Assembly: GCA_027011205.1 (NCBI GenBank)
Contig: JALVAL010000631.1
Coordinates: forward strand, 1 to 45,444
From: Gammaproteobacteria bacterium
GTDB lineage: Bacteria > Pseudomonadota > Gammaproteobacteria > GRL18
DNA length: 45,444 bases
Direction: 5' to 3'
Positions 1-9,470 of this stretch are shown here, piece after piece. The notes beneath the pieces were generated by a model that ran no database searches, had not been told where the DNA came from, and saw only the letters and a program-made list of their open reading frames with translations. A program made the position numbers and the translations under genes. Within the stretch, counting starts at the first letter, position 1. Every line of letters starts with the position of its first letter.

Positions 1-145
1 TCCACAACCAAGACACATCGTCTTCATCGCCATTCTTCAAAGTCAACTGAAGAGCGGTGTTGAGTTTCCCATTAACATATATTTCACCTATACGGCAATT
101 TCCATTAAGCCCTTGAACCAGCCCTAGTAACGCCCTAACAAAATA
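1..145. repeat. Terminal redundancy, left copy (matches 45300..45444)
   Basis: 145 nt identical to the contig end except G127 vs A45426. It lies inside a CDS, so it marks circular closure. Confidence 0.97.
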
Positions 146-556
146 ATCATAGGCAACTATTACTTCTTGGGTTCTTGTGTGCGTTTCTACGTCCGCATCC
201 TTTCCATCAGCGTCAAGCTCCTGAACCGTATAAGTCTGATATTGTTTAACCGGGACAGTCCATTTGTCGAAAACCTGAATAATTTGAGGAGCCATCAGTT
301 TCGTTCCGCAAAGGTACGGAATAGGAGCATTCTCCGCATAGCTCATCATTTGGAGGTCGTTGGGCTTGGGCGTTTCTAACTGCCCCGGTTCCATAGAAGG
401 CATATGAGGTGGGGAAGGGGCAAATACCGTTGCTTGAAGAACCCCGCCTATCATTCCGCCAATTCCACCGCCTATCGCAGCTCCCGCCGGACCAAAGAAG
501 TATCCTCCAATGGCCATCCCTACAACAGAAAATATTATCCCTACAAACTTAGACAC
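1..556 (-). CDS. 5' part of the central tail / baseplate hub protein (continues across the junction into 45299..41842, about 1337 aa in total)
   Basis: GTG at 556 after GAGGAGAGAGG. Open frame MSKFVGIIFSVVGMAIGGYFFGPAGAAIGGGIGGMIGG...ENAPIPYLCG...LTLKNGDEDDVSWLW joins in frame with the 1167-aa ORF. The Gly-rich hydrophobic N-terminus is typical of tail-tip proteins. Missed by the ORF track. Confidence 0.9.
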   Translation of the reverse strand, partial: MSKFVGIIFSVVGMAIGGYFFGPAGAAIGGGIGGMIGGVLQATVFAPSPPHMPSMEPGQLETPKPNDLQMMSYAENAPIPYLCGTKLMAPQIIQVFDKWTVPVKQYQTYTVQELDADGKDADVETHTRTQEVIVAYDYFVRALLGLVQGLNGNCRIGEIYVNGKLNTALQLTLKNGDEDDVSWLW

Positions 557-896
557 AGGCCTCTCTCCTCAATAACGGATGGGCGAATATGGTCCATTCC
601 GCCGTTGTCCTTTTAATTGCTTCCAATTGAGACACTTTTACCTTTCCGTAGGATGAATGGGTGAATCGTTCCTGGTCTAAAAATACTCCGAAATGTATCT
701 CTACATATCTTTGGATCACAAGGATATCTCCAGCCTGCGGCTCATCCGTTTCAAAAAACCCTGCCCTTAATGCTTGTCTCCGGACATCGCTTATGTTCTT
801 CGCATCTCCTTTGGGAAGAGAGATTCCAAAGTTGTCTTGACAATAATCAATCACATACTTGAAACAAGCTGGCTCTGTCCGGCGTATAGACAACAT
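549..896 (-). CDS. NlpC/P60-family tail peptidase-like protein
   Basis: Cys (ACFKYV), GDIL, HFGVF and FTHS motifs. Sits between hub and central tail protein as in GTA g13-g14-g15. ATG at 896 overlaps the upstream stop. Confidence 0.75.
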   Translation of the reverse strand: MLSIRRTEPACFKYVIDYCQDNFGISLPKGDAKNISDVRRQALRAGFFETDEPQAGDILVIQRYVEIHFGVFLDQERFTHSSYGKVKVSQLEAIKRTTAEWTIFAHPLLRREACV

Positions 897-1570
897 CAGA
901 ACACAATATCTCCTGCTTTGGGGATATATAGAAATCCCCCAAAATTCTCTACCTGTCCATATTTTACGCAATCAGAAAAAGTCTTCTCGCATACAGGTCT
1001 AACATCCGCAGCCCCCACCTCGAATTCATCAGGATCGGCCATATACAGATATTGACCGGAAACTTGATAGGCTACCTCGCTGATTCCTGATTGAACGAGT
1101 TCACGGTAATTCGATGATAAATCCGCATCAACTTTAACGTAATTTTGCCCCACGTCCGTGATATTGACGCTAATTTTATTAGCATCTATATTGTAAAGGC
1201 AAGCCCCTTTTCCGAAAGAGAAGGAGCAAGCCCTTCCATATATCCGTCCCGGAACCAAGAGATTGAAATTATTGTCATCAACTATAGCGTATGAATACAA
1301 ATCACCATCCCAACTCTCTGTAACAACAATCCCGCTGACCAATAAGACCTCCTGACCATTTATCACCTCGTAAGCCCGGAGTCTCTGTCCCTTTTCAAAA
1401 AATTGAGTAGGAACTTGGATCGTTATTCCGGCAGGACCCGCCATGGCATCCATCTTGACATTCAGGTCGATGGCTTGAAATTTGCCCCCTTCCACTCCGG
1501 TTGACGTCCAGATCTCTCCAGTAGAAACATCTACCAGTTTGTAATATATATTGATATATTTCAGACTCAT
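896..1570 (-). CDS. Tail hub protein (DUF2163 / GTA g13-like)
   Basis: C-x7-C (RACSFSFGKGAC) and C-terminal CEKTFSDC...NFGGFLYIP; synteny. Confidence 0.8.
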   Translation of the reverse strand: MSLKYINIYYKLVDVSTGEIWTSTGVEGGKFQAIDLNVKMDAMAGPAGITIQVPTQFFEKGQRLRAYEVINGQEVLLVSGIVVTESWDGDLYSYAIVDDNNFNLLVPGRIYGRACSFSFGKGACLYNIDANKISVNITDVGQNYVKVDADLSSNYRELVQSGISEVAYQVSGQYLYMADPDEFEVGAADVRPVCEKTFSDCVKYGQVENFGGFLYIPKAGDIVF

Positions 1571-1908
1571 GTGCTCTCTACAACAATCTGAACAATCATA
1601 TCATAACGGTTAGGGCCTACAAAAGTAACATTAGGAGGTGTGTCATTAAACCAAGCTGTTTTCACTCCTCCTGTCTCTATGTCATGCCAATCAAATGAAG
1701 AGGTTCGGTTTTGTTCATAAAAATTAATAAGTGTGTTCTTGTCATCAATATATATGGCTTTGTAAACAAGCCCATATATCTTTCTCAACACACCATGAAC
1801 AACTTTTATAGGCTCTCCATCCCCTGCTCTAAAATCCTTGACATTAGAATCATCATATCCGAGCGTGGTTCGATAAGAAGGGACAGGATCTTGCGGGTAA
1901 GTAGCCAT
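1567..1908 (-). CDS. Distal tail protein-like
   Basis: Directly after the tape measure gene; NFYEQNRTSSFDWHD resembles Dit/gpM-type proteins. Confidence 0.65.
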   Translation of the reverse strand: MATYPQDPVPSYRTTLGYDDSNVKDFRAGDGEPIKVVHGVLRKIYGLVYKAIYIDDKNTLINFYEQNRTSSFDWHDIETGGVKTAWFNDTPPNVTFVGPNRYDMIVQIVVEST

Positions 1909-4251
1909 CTAAAATCTCCTAAATCCTGATACAGTCCCAGAACTTGTCATTTGTTGAGCATATCGATAAAGGACATCTTGGACACCTTTAGAATCAAGAG
2001 CATACACATTTATAACAGTCTGAGAAACTTCCTTGGTGCCTTCCTTCTCCTTCTCCTTCTCTCTGCGGATCTGTTCCGGTGTGCGAACCTCTTCATCATA
2101 TCGTAAGATAGCAGGAAACTCGCCAGGTTTCAAGCCATCATGAAGTCGAGGAACAGAAGATATCCAACTCTTTGGGAAATACCGAGCAGGACCTCTATTA
2201 ATTCCGACATACCCTGTATGTTGTGCGTACCAAGGGATATCAAATGAAGCACCTTCTGTAGCTGACACTATGTCTGCATTAGCAGCCCATCCTGCTCCTG
2301 TACTCATATTAACCGCTCCAGCACTGGTAGAAGCCATATTCCCGGCTCCACCTGCTCCGAAGAAACTGCCTGCTAAACCAACAGCCCATCCTACAGCTTT
2401 CTGAATAAGCCCACCCTTTCCGCCTTGGCCCCATAAGGCCATCTGTAACTGTGCGGCCATCCAATCAGCCAGCATCCGATTTAACATCATCTGAAAACTT
2501 CTGAGTAAGTTTTTGAAATTCCCTTCCATGATATTCATAAAGAAATCACTGGAGGCTGATTGCATTGATCGCATAGCGCCAATCCAAAACTGCGACATGG
2601 AATCAGATGTGTCCTTAGCAACTTGCTTGACTTTCTTCAACTCCTCTTGTTGTCTGGTGTACAGCCCGATGGAAAGTTTTGCATACTTTGAGTACGAAAT
2701 AGCTCCGGAATCGTACAATTTTTGAAGTTCTTCGTTCAAAAGGTTATATTTTACCCTGATAGACTCAATTCTTCTTTCATATTCAGGAAGAGCTTTAAGA
2801 GTCAAATCATCTATAAGCTTCTTGTATTCTTCGAGCTTATTCTTCCCTCCTTTTTTGGAACTAAAATCAGACACATCCAGAACTAATTTAGATTTCGCCT
2901 TAGAAACAGACTCAAAAGCTGAATTAACAACAGATGTGTATTGCTTTATTTTATCAATCGCAGACTGAACTCTCTGTTCCATCGCCCCAGGAGCTTCTTC
3001 AGGCTGCGAAGAAGGACGAGGACTAGGCCCTTCTTCGTACAAAGGAGTTGACTTAAGATAAGTCTTTCCAGAACCTGGCTTCATAGCCTTAGCCAGTAAT
3101 TGAGAAGCAATCAATGGATGGGTTTTGGTTTGTTCATCCTGCCATTGTCTCAGTTTTCGCAAGATAGTCAATGCGCCCAATAAGGTAGCAGTTCCTTTCT
3201 TGCCGAGCACAAAAGCTCCGATAACACCTACTTCTTGAGCCCAAGTAGGAAGTTGTTTGAACTCTTTCCAAACAGCCTTTACAGTGTCTCCCATATCAGA
3301 GAGAATAGGATGAAGAGTGTCATATATTGATGCAATTCCTAAAGCAGTTCTCTCAAAAACACGAACAACAGCATCAGAAACACTCTTGGCCCACTCATCC
3401 AGTTTCCCCTCCTTTTTCAAACGCTCAATTTGGTCATTAACAACCCTTAGAGAAGCAGCAAGATATTTCCCAAGGCCTGAAGACATTAATTTATCTTCAA
3501 CCTGCTCAACATAAGAAATGAAAACTTCCCATTGCCCTTTGAGAGTGTCCATAAGCCGAGACATCTGTCCGCCAAAACGACTCTCCATATAATGGATAAA
3601 CGCCTCATAAACATCCTTCATAGACACAGCTCCTGAGGCGATAGCATCATTCAATTTGTCTATATCCTTCTTGGTAACATTAAATGCACCGCTTAGAACC
3701 TCATTGACATTAATCCCGGCCTGGATAAGCTGGTTGAGGTCCTGAGCCATGAGCTTCCCTGCTGAATTGATCTGTCCAAGGGCAAAGGCAATCCTGCCGA
3801 AAACTTGCTTATCTCCAAAAGCAGCGGCAGTGTCCCCTAATGCTCTCATCGCCTCAATTGTAGGGTCAAGCCCATAGGCCTTCATAGTCATATAAGACTT
3901 CATCACTTCGCCAATTCGAAACGGTGTGTCTTGTGCAAAATCAAGAAGTTCTTTCCATTTCTTTGCCGCAGCAGTCTGCGTACCTTCTAATGTTGAGAGA
4001 GTCTTTCTATACTGTTCAAAGGCATTTGATGTGGAAATGACGTCTCTAATTACAATCCCTGCTCCAAACCCCATCAAAGCAGTTCTGAGAGAGAATAATG
4101 AGTCCTTAACACGACTAATTGTGGATCTCAATTTACCAAAGGCTCCCTTGACACGACGAGCTCTCGGAATAATAGAATTCAATGCTTCATTTACTTCTCT
4201 TGCTCCTGCTCGTGCTCCGCTCGAATCTATAAATATATCAATGCCTGGCAT
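1909..4251 (-). CDS. Tape measure protein
   Basis: 780 aa, helical and Ala/Gly-rich. Tape-measure N-domain motifs FAQDTPF and ALGQINSAGKLMAQDLNQL; C-terminal LHDG...GEFPAIL..DEEV. Confidence 0.93.
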   Translation of the reverse strand: MPGIDIFIDSSGARAGAREVNEALNSIIPRARRVKGAFGKLRSTISRVKDSLFSLRTALMGFGAGIVIRDVISTSNAFEQYRKTLSTLEGTQTAAAKKWKELLDFAQDTPFRIGEVMKSYMTMKAYGLDPTIEAMRALGDTAAAFGDKQVFGRIAFALGQINSAGKLMAQDLNQLIQAGINVNEVLSGAFNVTKKDIDKLNDAIASGAVSMKDVYEAFIHYMESRFGGQMSRLMDTLKGQWEVFISYVEQVEDKLMSSGLGKYLAASLRVVNDQIERLKKEGKLDEWAKSVSDAVVRVFERTALGIASIYDTLHPILSDMGDTVKAVWKEFKQLPTWAQEVGVIGAFVLGKKGTATLLGALTILRKLRQWQDEQTKTHPLIASQLLAKAMKPGSGKTYLKSTPLYEEGPSPRPSSQPEEAPGAMEQRVQSAIDKIKQYTSVVNSAFESVSKAKSKLVLDVSDFSSKKGGKNKLEEYKKLIDDLTLKALPEYERRIESIRVKYNLLNEELQKLYDSGAISYSKYAKLSIGLYTRQQEELKKVKQVAKDTSDSMSQFWIGAMRSMQSASSDFFMNIMEGNFKNLLRSFQMMLNRMLADWMAAQLQMALWGQGGKGGLIQKAVGWAVGLAGSFFGAGGAGNMASTSAGAVNMSTGAGWAANADIVSATEGASFDIPWYAQHTGYVGINRGPARYFPKSWISSVPRLHDGLKPGEFPAILRYDEEVRTPEQIRREKEKEKEGTKEVSQTVINVYALDSKGVQDVLYRYAQQMTSSGTVSGFRRF

Positions 4252-4255
4252 TTTA

Positions 4256-4570
4256 TCAATCCTCTTTGGCCATTTTCAAATAATATATGTCAAGAACAGT
4301 TACCCATTTTGTAATATAAGACCACTTGTCTTGAGGAATGTCAAATAAGGTTAGATAGCTGAGAATCTCTCTCATTTTAATTGCCTCAATCACAAACCCT
4401 ACATTCCTTGTAAAATTCAGTGCCTCAAATGTGTTCCAAACATCTTGAAGGTCTGCAAAAAGCTCTGGCTTGTTCTCAATAGCGGGAATGTGATGTCCCT
4501 CTTCAACAAGTGAATAGAGCCATTCTTCTTTCTCTCCATAATGGAACCACCATTCAAGGCACTCTTTTAG
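4256..4570 (-). CDS. Tail assembly chaperone, -1 frameshift extension (gpT-like part of a G-T fusion of about 235 aa)
   Basis: Open -1 frame LKECLEWWFHYGEK...NKPELFADLQDVWNTFEALNFTR...VLDIYYLKMAKED* fills the gap to the tape measure gene and has no start of its own. Confidence 0.85.
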   Translation of the reverse strand, partial: LKECLEWWFHYGEKEEWLYSLVEEGHHIPAIENKPELFADLQDVWNTFEALNFTRNVGFVIEAIKMREILSYLTLFDIPQDKWSYITKWVTVLDIYYLKMAKED

Positions 4571-4962
4571 TTTTTTTCAGTCTCAGCATCCTCCTTACAA
4601 CGGAAAAGCTCCATACTCTCCGAACATGACTCAACAAAATCCCTGAAATCAGGATATTCTGTCAAATATTCATATGCTTTCTCTGGAGAATAAGGAATGG
4701 AGTTTCCATCCTCCTCAAATCCACGCCAATCAAGAACAATTGTCTCTGCGGTACATTTAGCAAGAATTTTATCAAAAACATCCTGACTCAATGTACCTTT
4801 CCTGATAGCTGATTTGTAAGGGAGGGTCAAACGCTCAAGCATTGACTTGAATCGAGGATTGCCTACTCTAGCAATCAGAATTGAAGACGAGTCATCAATG
4901 TCCACCCACACCCCTTCCTTCTCAGCTATTGGATCAGTTTTGAATATTTTCTTTATGTCCAT
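4567..4962 (-). CDS. Tail assembly chaperone (gpG-like)
   Basis: Between tail tube and tape measure; EGVW, IVLDWRG and PYSPE motifs; ends EKN. Confidence 0.88.
   Translation of the reverse strand: MDIKKIFKTDPIAEKEGVWVDIDDSSSILIARVGNPRFKSMLERLTLPYKSAIRKGTLSQDVFDKILAKCTAETIVLDWRGFEEDGNSIPYSPEKAYEYLTEYPDFRDFVESCSESMELFRCKEDAETEKN
4570..4576 (-). promoter_or_regulatory. -1 programmed ribosomal frameshift slippery site A AAA AAC
   Basis: GAA AAA AAC TAA at the end of the chaperone gene; X XXY YYZ heptamer in the correct frame. Confidence 0.85.
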
Positions 4963-4974
4963 AAACTCTCCTTA

Positions 4975-6117
4975 TTATGATCCAAAACGATCTATTTGCA
5001 TGGTCCATCCATATGTAGGATGAACAATAGCCTGAAATCCCATGTTCTCCATAACATCCTGATTTTTCCCCGGAACGGAAATGTCATCAGAGGAGAATTT
5101 TATTCTTGGAAACGTAAATATATAAGTCTTATTGTTCTTTGTAACTCGGAAAGAGAAACTTGATGTAGTATTGTTGATAAATTTATCATACATACTGCCA
5201 TCAGCAAAATAGATGGACATATTCCCTTTCACATCACAGTCACCTTCTGCAAGATCCGCATTACCAAGAACACCAATAGCAGAGAGCCCTCGAACATTGT
5301 TATTCACACTGAAATCGACACTCTGTATGAATGTGTCAGAAATTACAGAACCTCCCTCCATTATGTTTCCAACATTGGCAACAGCGTTCATAACATCTTC
5401 GGTAGATCCTTGATTTGGTGCTCCTGTACCCACAGTAGAAGTAGTCCTGCCCACAGTTTTCCCGATAAAAGTCAATGTTCCTGTAACAACCGAATTCGCA
5501 GCCACTTTCATTGCCAGCTGAGAAACAACCATCCCTGTCCAATGGAAGAATTGTCCTTTATCCTGATGCTCTCTTTCAATTGTGAAAGACTTCTCTGTAG
5601 TACCATCAGTTAGTATTGAGCCCGTGATAGAAATAGACGACCCAGAACTCTCAGTAGTCAATGTTCCGTCCGTAATAATCAATTGATGTTGGGCAACAGC
5701 GCTGACATGCCAAAACCCATCATTATTTGAACTTCCGGACACTTTTATCCACTGCCCTGCCTTAACTGAAGAAAAATCAGTAGAGGTCGAGTCAATTGTA
5801 TTACCAACTCCGTCAAAAGAAATGTCAGACCCTGAGATGCTCAAATCACTGGACCAACTGTTATACAGCGCAGATTCCAAGAAATCATCTGGCCCTCCAT
5901 ACCTCAATTCAAAGTTAATTGTACCTCCAGGATTAGCCCCTGTCTGGATCAGATCTTCAATCTTGCGATCAGATCGAATTGTTTCTGACTGAATAGTAGA
6001 TATGTTATAAGACAGCGAATCGCTCGTATCGCCAAAATTGGTGAAAGCAATAGAAGGAATTTCTCCCCAAGTGCTCTCAACTCCATACCTGATCTGTGTT
6101 CTGTTTGCACTACTCAT
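4975..6117 (-). CDS. Major tail tube protein with an inserted beta-rich domain
   Basis: MSSANRTQIRYGVESTWG, SETIRSDR and GGTINFEL motifs of phage tube proteins. Confidence 0.88.
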   Translation of the reverse strand: MSSANRTQIRYGVESTWGEIPSIAFTNFGDTSDSLSYNISTIQSETIRSDRKIEDLIQTGANPGGTINFELRYGGPDDFLESALYNSWSSDLSISGSDISFDGVGNTIDSTSTDFSSVKAGQWIKVSGSSNNDGFWHVSAVAQHQLIITDGTLTTESSGSSISITGSILTDGTTEKSFTIEREHQDKGQFFHWTGMVVSQLAMKVAANSVVTGTLTFIGKTVGRTTSTVGTGAPNQGSTEDVMNAVANVGNIMEGGSVISDTFIQSVDFSVNNNVRGLSAIGVLGNADLAEGDCDVKGNMSIYFADGSMYDKFINNTTSSFSFRVTKNNKTYIFTFPRIKFSSDDISVPGKNQDVMENMGFQAIVHPTYGWTMQIDRFGS

Positions 6118-6119
6118 TG

Positions 6120-6515
6120 TTATTTCACCTCATCATAATAAAATGGGATTGTCACTTTATATTGAACCCAATCTCCAGGAGGCGTAAAAGGTGTCATACT
6201 ACCAGTCAAACACACGAGACCTTCCTGATCAAAATGATAAAACAAATCAATTAAATCAGATGCTAAACTGAAGGCCTTATGTGTTCCTGTATTTTTAGGA
6301 ACCATCACTGATATATCAATAATTCCGAACCACCTATTCAACGCTGCATTATCTCCTAAAGATATCTGACTCCCTTCCCCAGGGATAACGAAAACCTCAA
6401 TATAAGAAACTCCTCTTTCTGGGTTATAAGGCAAATTAGCAAACGCAAAAGGCGTCTGCGTCCATTCAGACTTTATTCGCCCTTCAACAAGCTTTCGTAT
6501 CTTATCAAGACTCAC
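6120..6515 (-). CDS. Tail terminator protein
   Basis: FANLPY, GIIDISVMVPKNTG and WVQYKVTIPF; position before the tube gene. Confidence 0.8.
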   Translation of the reverse strand: MSLDKIRKLVEGRIKSEWTQTPFAFANLPYNPERGVSYIEVFVIPGEGSQISLGDNAALNRWFGIIDISVMVPKNTGTHKAFSLASDLIDLFYHFDQEGLVCLTGSMTPFTPPGDWVQYKVTIPFYYDEVK

Positions 6516-6724
6516 TTCTTGCGCCTCTTACAACTTGGGAAGGATGGATATCTCTTACAAACAGCTTGCCGCACTTTCTTTATCTCAAAAGGAGTCCCAA
6601 ACTGTGATACTCTTGCTAAGGCATTAGCAGCATGACTCCTGTCATAAATAGGATATTTCCTTTTCTCTGGAATTGCAAATGAAGACTTGGGCAATCTCTT
6701 CCGTTTAGAGTAAGATAACTTCAT
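6512..6724 (-). CDS. Small basic protein, DUF6582-like
   Basis: RKRLPKSSFAIPEKRKYPIYDRSHAANALAR motif; ATGA overlaps on both sides. Confidence 0.7.
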   Translation of the reverse strand: MKLSYSKRKRLPKSSFAIPEKRKYPIYDRSHAANALARVSQFGTPFEIKKVRQAVCKRYPSFPSCKRRKK

Positions 6725-7188
6725 AGTTTGATATCCTTTAACATTCTCACAAGAGCATTTCTAACTGAAATGAGCGTCACACGAACCATGCCAGCAGGGG
6801 CTTGCCTGGAAAAGCCAGCAGCAGTGACTTTCTTAGTTGGACCATGCCACAGTCCAAACTCAGCCGTCTCTGCATAATCCATATGATTAGATATAACAAC
6901 AATATCTCCACATTGAGCTTTGTTGATTGTTGAATTTGCAGAGTGAAAAGCAACAAAAGAAGCTCCTGCAGACGCCAACCTGCCTCCATGAATATTTACT
7001 CTCGCATCCGGAACCTTATTAAGCCCTACTTGCCATGAAGCTCTTAACGCTCCTGTATCAACAGGAGTACGCATCACCACCCCCTTAAAAACATCCATAG
7101 CAGTCTTTCTCAACACTTTGTCTAATGAGATATTGAGAGTATCTGATAATTTTTTCAGGTCGGCTTCAAATTTGGCAAGGTCTCTCAT
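6721..7188 (-). CDS. HK97 gp10-like tail completion/neck protein
   Basis: RTPVDTGALRASW, DYAETAEFG and SRQAPAGMVR. Confidence 0.88.
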   Translation of the reverse strand: MRDLAKFEADLKKLSDTLNISLDKVLRKTAMDVFKGVVMRTPVDTGALRASWQVGLNKVPDARVNIHGGRLASAGASFVAFHSANSTINKAQCGDIVVISNHMDYAETAEFGLWHGPTKKVTAAGFSRQAPAGMVRVTLISVRNALVRMLKDIKL

Positions 7189-7556
7189 TTCAGTCCTCCT
7201 GCAGGACGCATTGCTGTTTCAACAATGACGGAATTATTCGACAAAATCTTTGTTATTTCATACTCTTCTTTATCTGTCCGAACAACTCTGTGCACTTGTA
7301 TGTCATCAGATTGAGGATTAGCCAGAAACACTCCTTTACAAACATCATCAGACAAGTGATATTTATCTATCTCTTGAGCTGTGAATGTCTGAATCAATAA
7401 CAAGTAGGAAGAGGAATGGGTGAAAATATTGTTATGCTCGCCGGTAGAAGGGTCATACGACAATTCCAAAACTCCAACATCAGCATTTTGCACAAGCCCT
7501 TCTCTTTTGAGAGCTGTGAAATATTTCTTTGCTAATTGTTGGAGTTGTCTTAACAT
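7185..7556 (-). CDS. Putative head-closure protein
   Basis: Position and the YDPSTG motif. Confidence 0.6.
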   Translation of the reverse strand: MLRQLQQLAKKYFTALKREGLVQNADVGVLELSYDPSTGEHNNIFTHSSSYLLLIQTFTAQEIDKYHLSDDVCKGVFLANPQSDDIQVHRVVRTDKEEYEITKILSNNSVIVETAMRPAGGLK

Positions 7557-8056
7557 CTAAAAAGTCTCACTTCCGAATTTTTTATGTTCTTACTGGGAGT
7601 TCCCCAATAAGAAATAAAATTAATAATATAATCTGGAATAAATTCCGAATCAGTGTCAGACACCTTAAAAGATAACCCCGCACCAAGAGAAACAGATTTA
7701 AAAATAGAAGAATTGTTTAAAGGGTTATTTTCCAAAAGATAAACAGCTAACAAAGCGGTGGCTATTTTAAGCTCTGGAAGAATTTCATTATCAGGAACAA
7801 CATTCCCCATTTTATCAAACAAACCTGTTCGAGGGTGCTGGAGAGCTTGTATAGTAGGATTTGTTGGGGACCCATTCCATTCAATATAATTGTCAAGAAT
7901 GTTAGTGGCCCATCTCAAAGAAGCTTCCTGCTTGCTCAATTCGAAAGATCGCCAATCATCTACCGACAATGAATGATTGTTTAATAAATCATCAGCCTCT
8001 TCAACCGATATATAAGAATCAGCATCAGAGGCTCCTGGAGAAGTGACGAGAGACAT
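7550..8056 (-). CDS. Head-tail adaptor (DnaT-like family)
   Basis: ADSYISVEEAD, QALQHPR and PELKIATALLA. Confidence 0.82.
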   Translation of the reverse strand: MSLVTSPGASDADSYISVEEADDLLNNHSLSVDDWRSFELSKQEASLRWATNILDNYIEWNGSPTNPTIQALQHPRTGLFDKMGNVVPDNEILPELKIATALLAVYLLENNPLNNSSIFKSVSLGAGLSFKVSDTDSEFIPDYIINFISYWGTPSKNIKNSEVRLFRC

Positions 8057-8196
8057 TATTCAGCCTTCTTATCTTCTTTCCGTTTCTTCTCTTTATAAAC
8101 CTTGTGTACTTTGGGGTCAAAGTCTTCTTTGTTGATGACCATGAACCCATCCTTTGAATCATGAACAACTTTTACCGTTTCTTTCTTATACATCAT
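8056..8196 (-). CDS. Small conserved phage protein after the major capsid gene
   Basis: ATG at 8196 after GGGGTG; INKEDFDPKVH followed by a Lys-rich tail. Confidence 0.6.
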   Translation of the reverse strand: MMYKKETVKVVHDSKDGFMVINKEDFDPKVHKVYKEKKRKEDKKAE

Positions 8197-8217
8197 ATCA
8201 AACACCCCATAAATTAC

Positions 8218-8254
8218 AAAAAGGCAGGGCGCACTTGCTATAATGCGCCCCACC
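8218..8254 (-). terminator. Intrinsic terminator after the major capsid gene
   Basis: GGTGGGGCGCAT/GTGCGCCCTGCC stem followed by a T5 tract on the minus strand. Confidence 0.75.
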
Positions 8255-8284
8255 AAGGACCAGGAGGATAGGAGAGAAGGAGGA

Positions 8285-9406
8285 CTAACCCGCTATACGG
8301 GCAGCAAGACGGGCATCCACGAGTTTTGTGCCCCACATTGCATCAACTTCCCACATGAGCTGCTTGTACTGCCGAATAAGCTCCAGCCGGAACACCAGTC
8401 CTGACACAGGATCAGCCATCGTAAAGGCATTCTGCTCATTATACACTTCTTTGAGACCTGCATCAGGCTGTCTCATTGCAAGGGCAAAGGCGTCACGATG
8501 GGCAACAATATTGACCACATGGGAATCTTTAAAAGTGAGGGCTGCGTTATTTGCAAAAGCAGTCTTGGCAGCAGGTGTATAAGTAATAATGTTGGAAGCA
8601 TAAGACTTCACAACATATGTCTGAGAATCACCTGCTACAGTAAATATATCACCCTCAAGAATAGTTCCAGACCCAGTGTCAATCTGTACTGTAGTATCGC
8701 CCACTTCATGATCGCTCTGATTAACAAGATACCCAGAAGCAGTGCCGGCGGTGTGGGTGGGCACATCATCATCTGCGACCCAATCAATACCAAATTTACG
8801 ACCTATCTCACCCTGGATTTTGACATCATTGGACCCGACCTTCTCAGCATCAGAGAACTGCGGCAGGGCAAGAGCGTTGGCTTCAGCATCCCAGTCAAGC
8901 ACACCAAACCTGGGATATTTGAAAGCTCTTTGCTGATTAAGAACTTTCCTGGCAGAAGTGGCGGCGGAGACATCGCTGGCAAAAGGAGTAGTGCCGGGAG
9001 TGCCGGTGAATCCATATATGCCTTTGTATTCATTGAACACAGACTGATTGATAGCACGAGCGAGCGCCTCAAAAGCTTCTTCCATCTGCTTTGGGATAAA
9101 AAACTCCTTAGCTGCAATCTTTTGCAAATCAGCATCAGTTAAACCGAAATCAGCCTTTTTCCAATTGTTCAAAGGAATCTGTACATACTCAATGGTAGTA
9201 TCCTCAGGAGCAGGAGGAGTTGGGGCCGGAGTTACATCTGAAACTGTACGGGCCTGACTAATAGGAACATCAACAGTCTGACCTTTCTTCTTGGCCTCTG
9301 TAGAATAATCTATATTAACAAGACGAGTCATCAAAACCCTGGACCTTAGGACTTCAAGCCCTGTGGCAAGAATTTTTGGCATTATTTTAAGTATATCATT
9401 TGCCAT
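8285..9406 (-). CDS. Major capsid protein (P22 coat-like, HK97 fold)
   Basis: 373 aa; KKGQTVDVP, AHRDAFALAMR and WEVDAMWG; follows the scaffold gene; RBS AAGGAG. Confidence 0.88.
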   Translation of the reverse strand: MANDILKIMPKILATGLEVLRSRVLMTRLVNIDYSTEAKKKGQTVDVPISQARTVSDVTPAPTPPAPEDTTIEYVQIPLNNWKKADFGLTDADLQKIAAKEFFIPKQMEEAFEALARAINQSVFNEYKGIYGFTGTPGTTPFASDVSAATSARKVLNQQRAFKYPRFGVLDWDAEANALALPQFSDAEKVGSNDVKIQGEIGRKFGIDWVADDDVPTHTAGTASGYLVNQSDHEVGDTTVQIDTGSGTILEGDIFTVAGDSQTYVVKSYASNIITYTPAAKTAFANNAALTFKDSHVVNIVAHRDAFALAMRQPDAGLKEVYNEQNAFTMADPVSGLVFRLELIRQYKQLMWEVDAMWGTKLVDARLAARIAG

Positions 9407-9470
9407 CTTAAATCTCCTTTTATATTATCAAAATTTATTCCTCCGGAACACAGCAAGCCTCCCTGAGACT

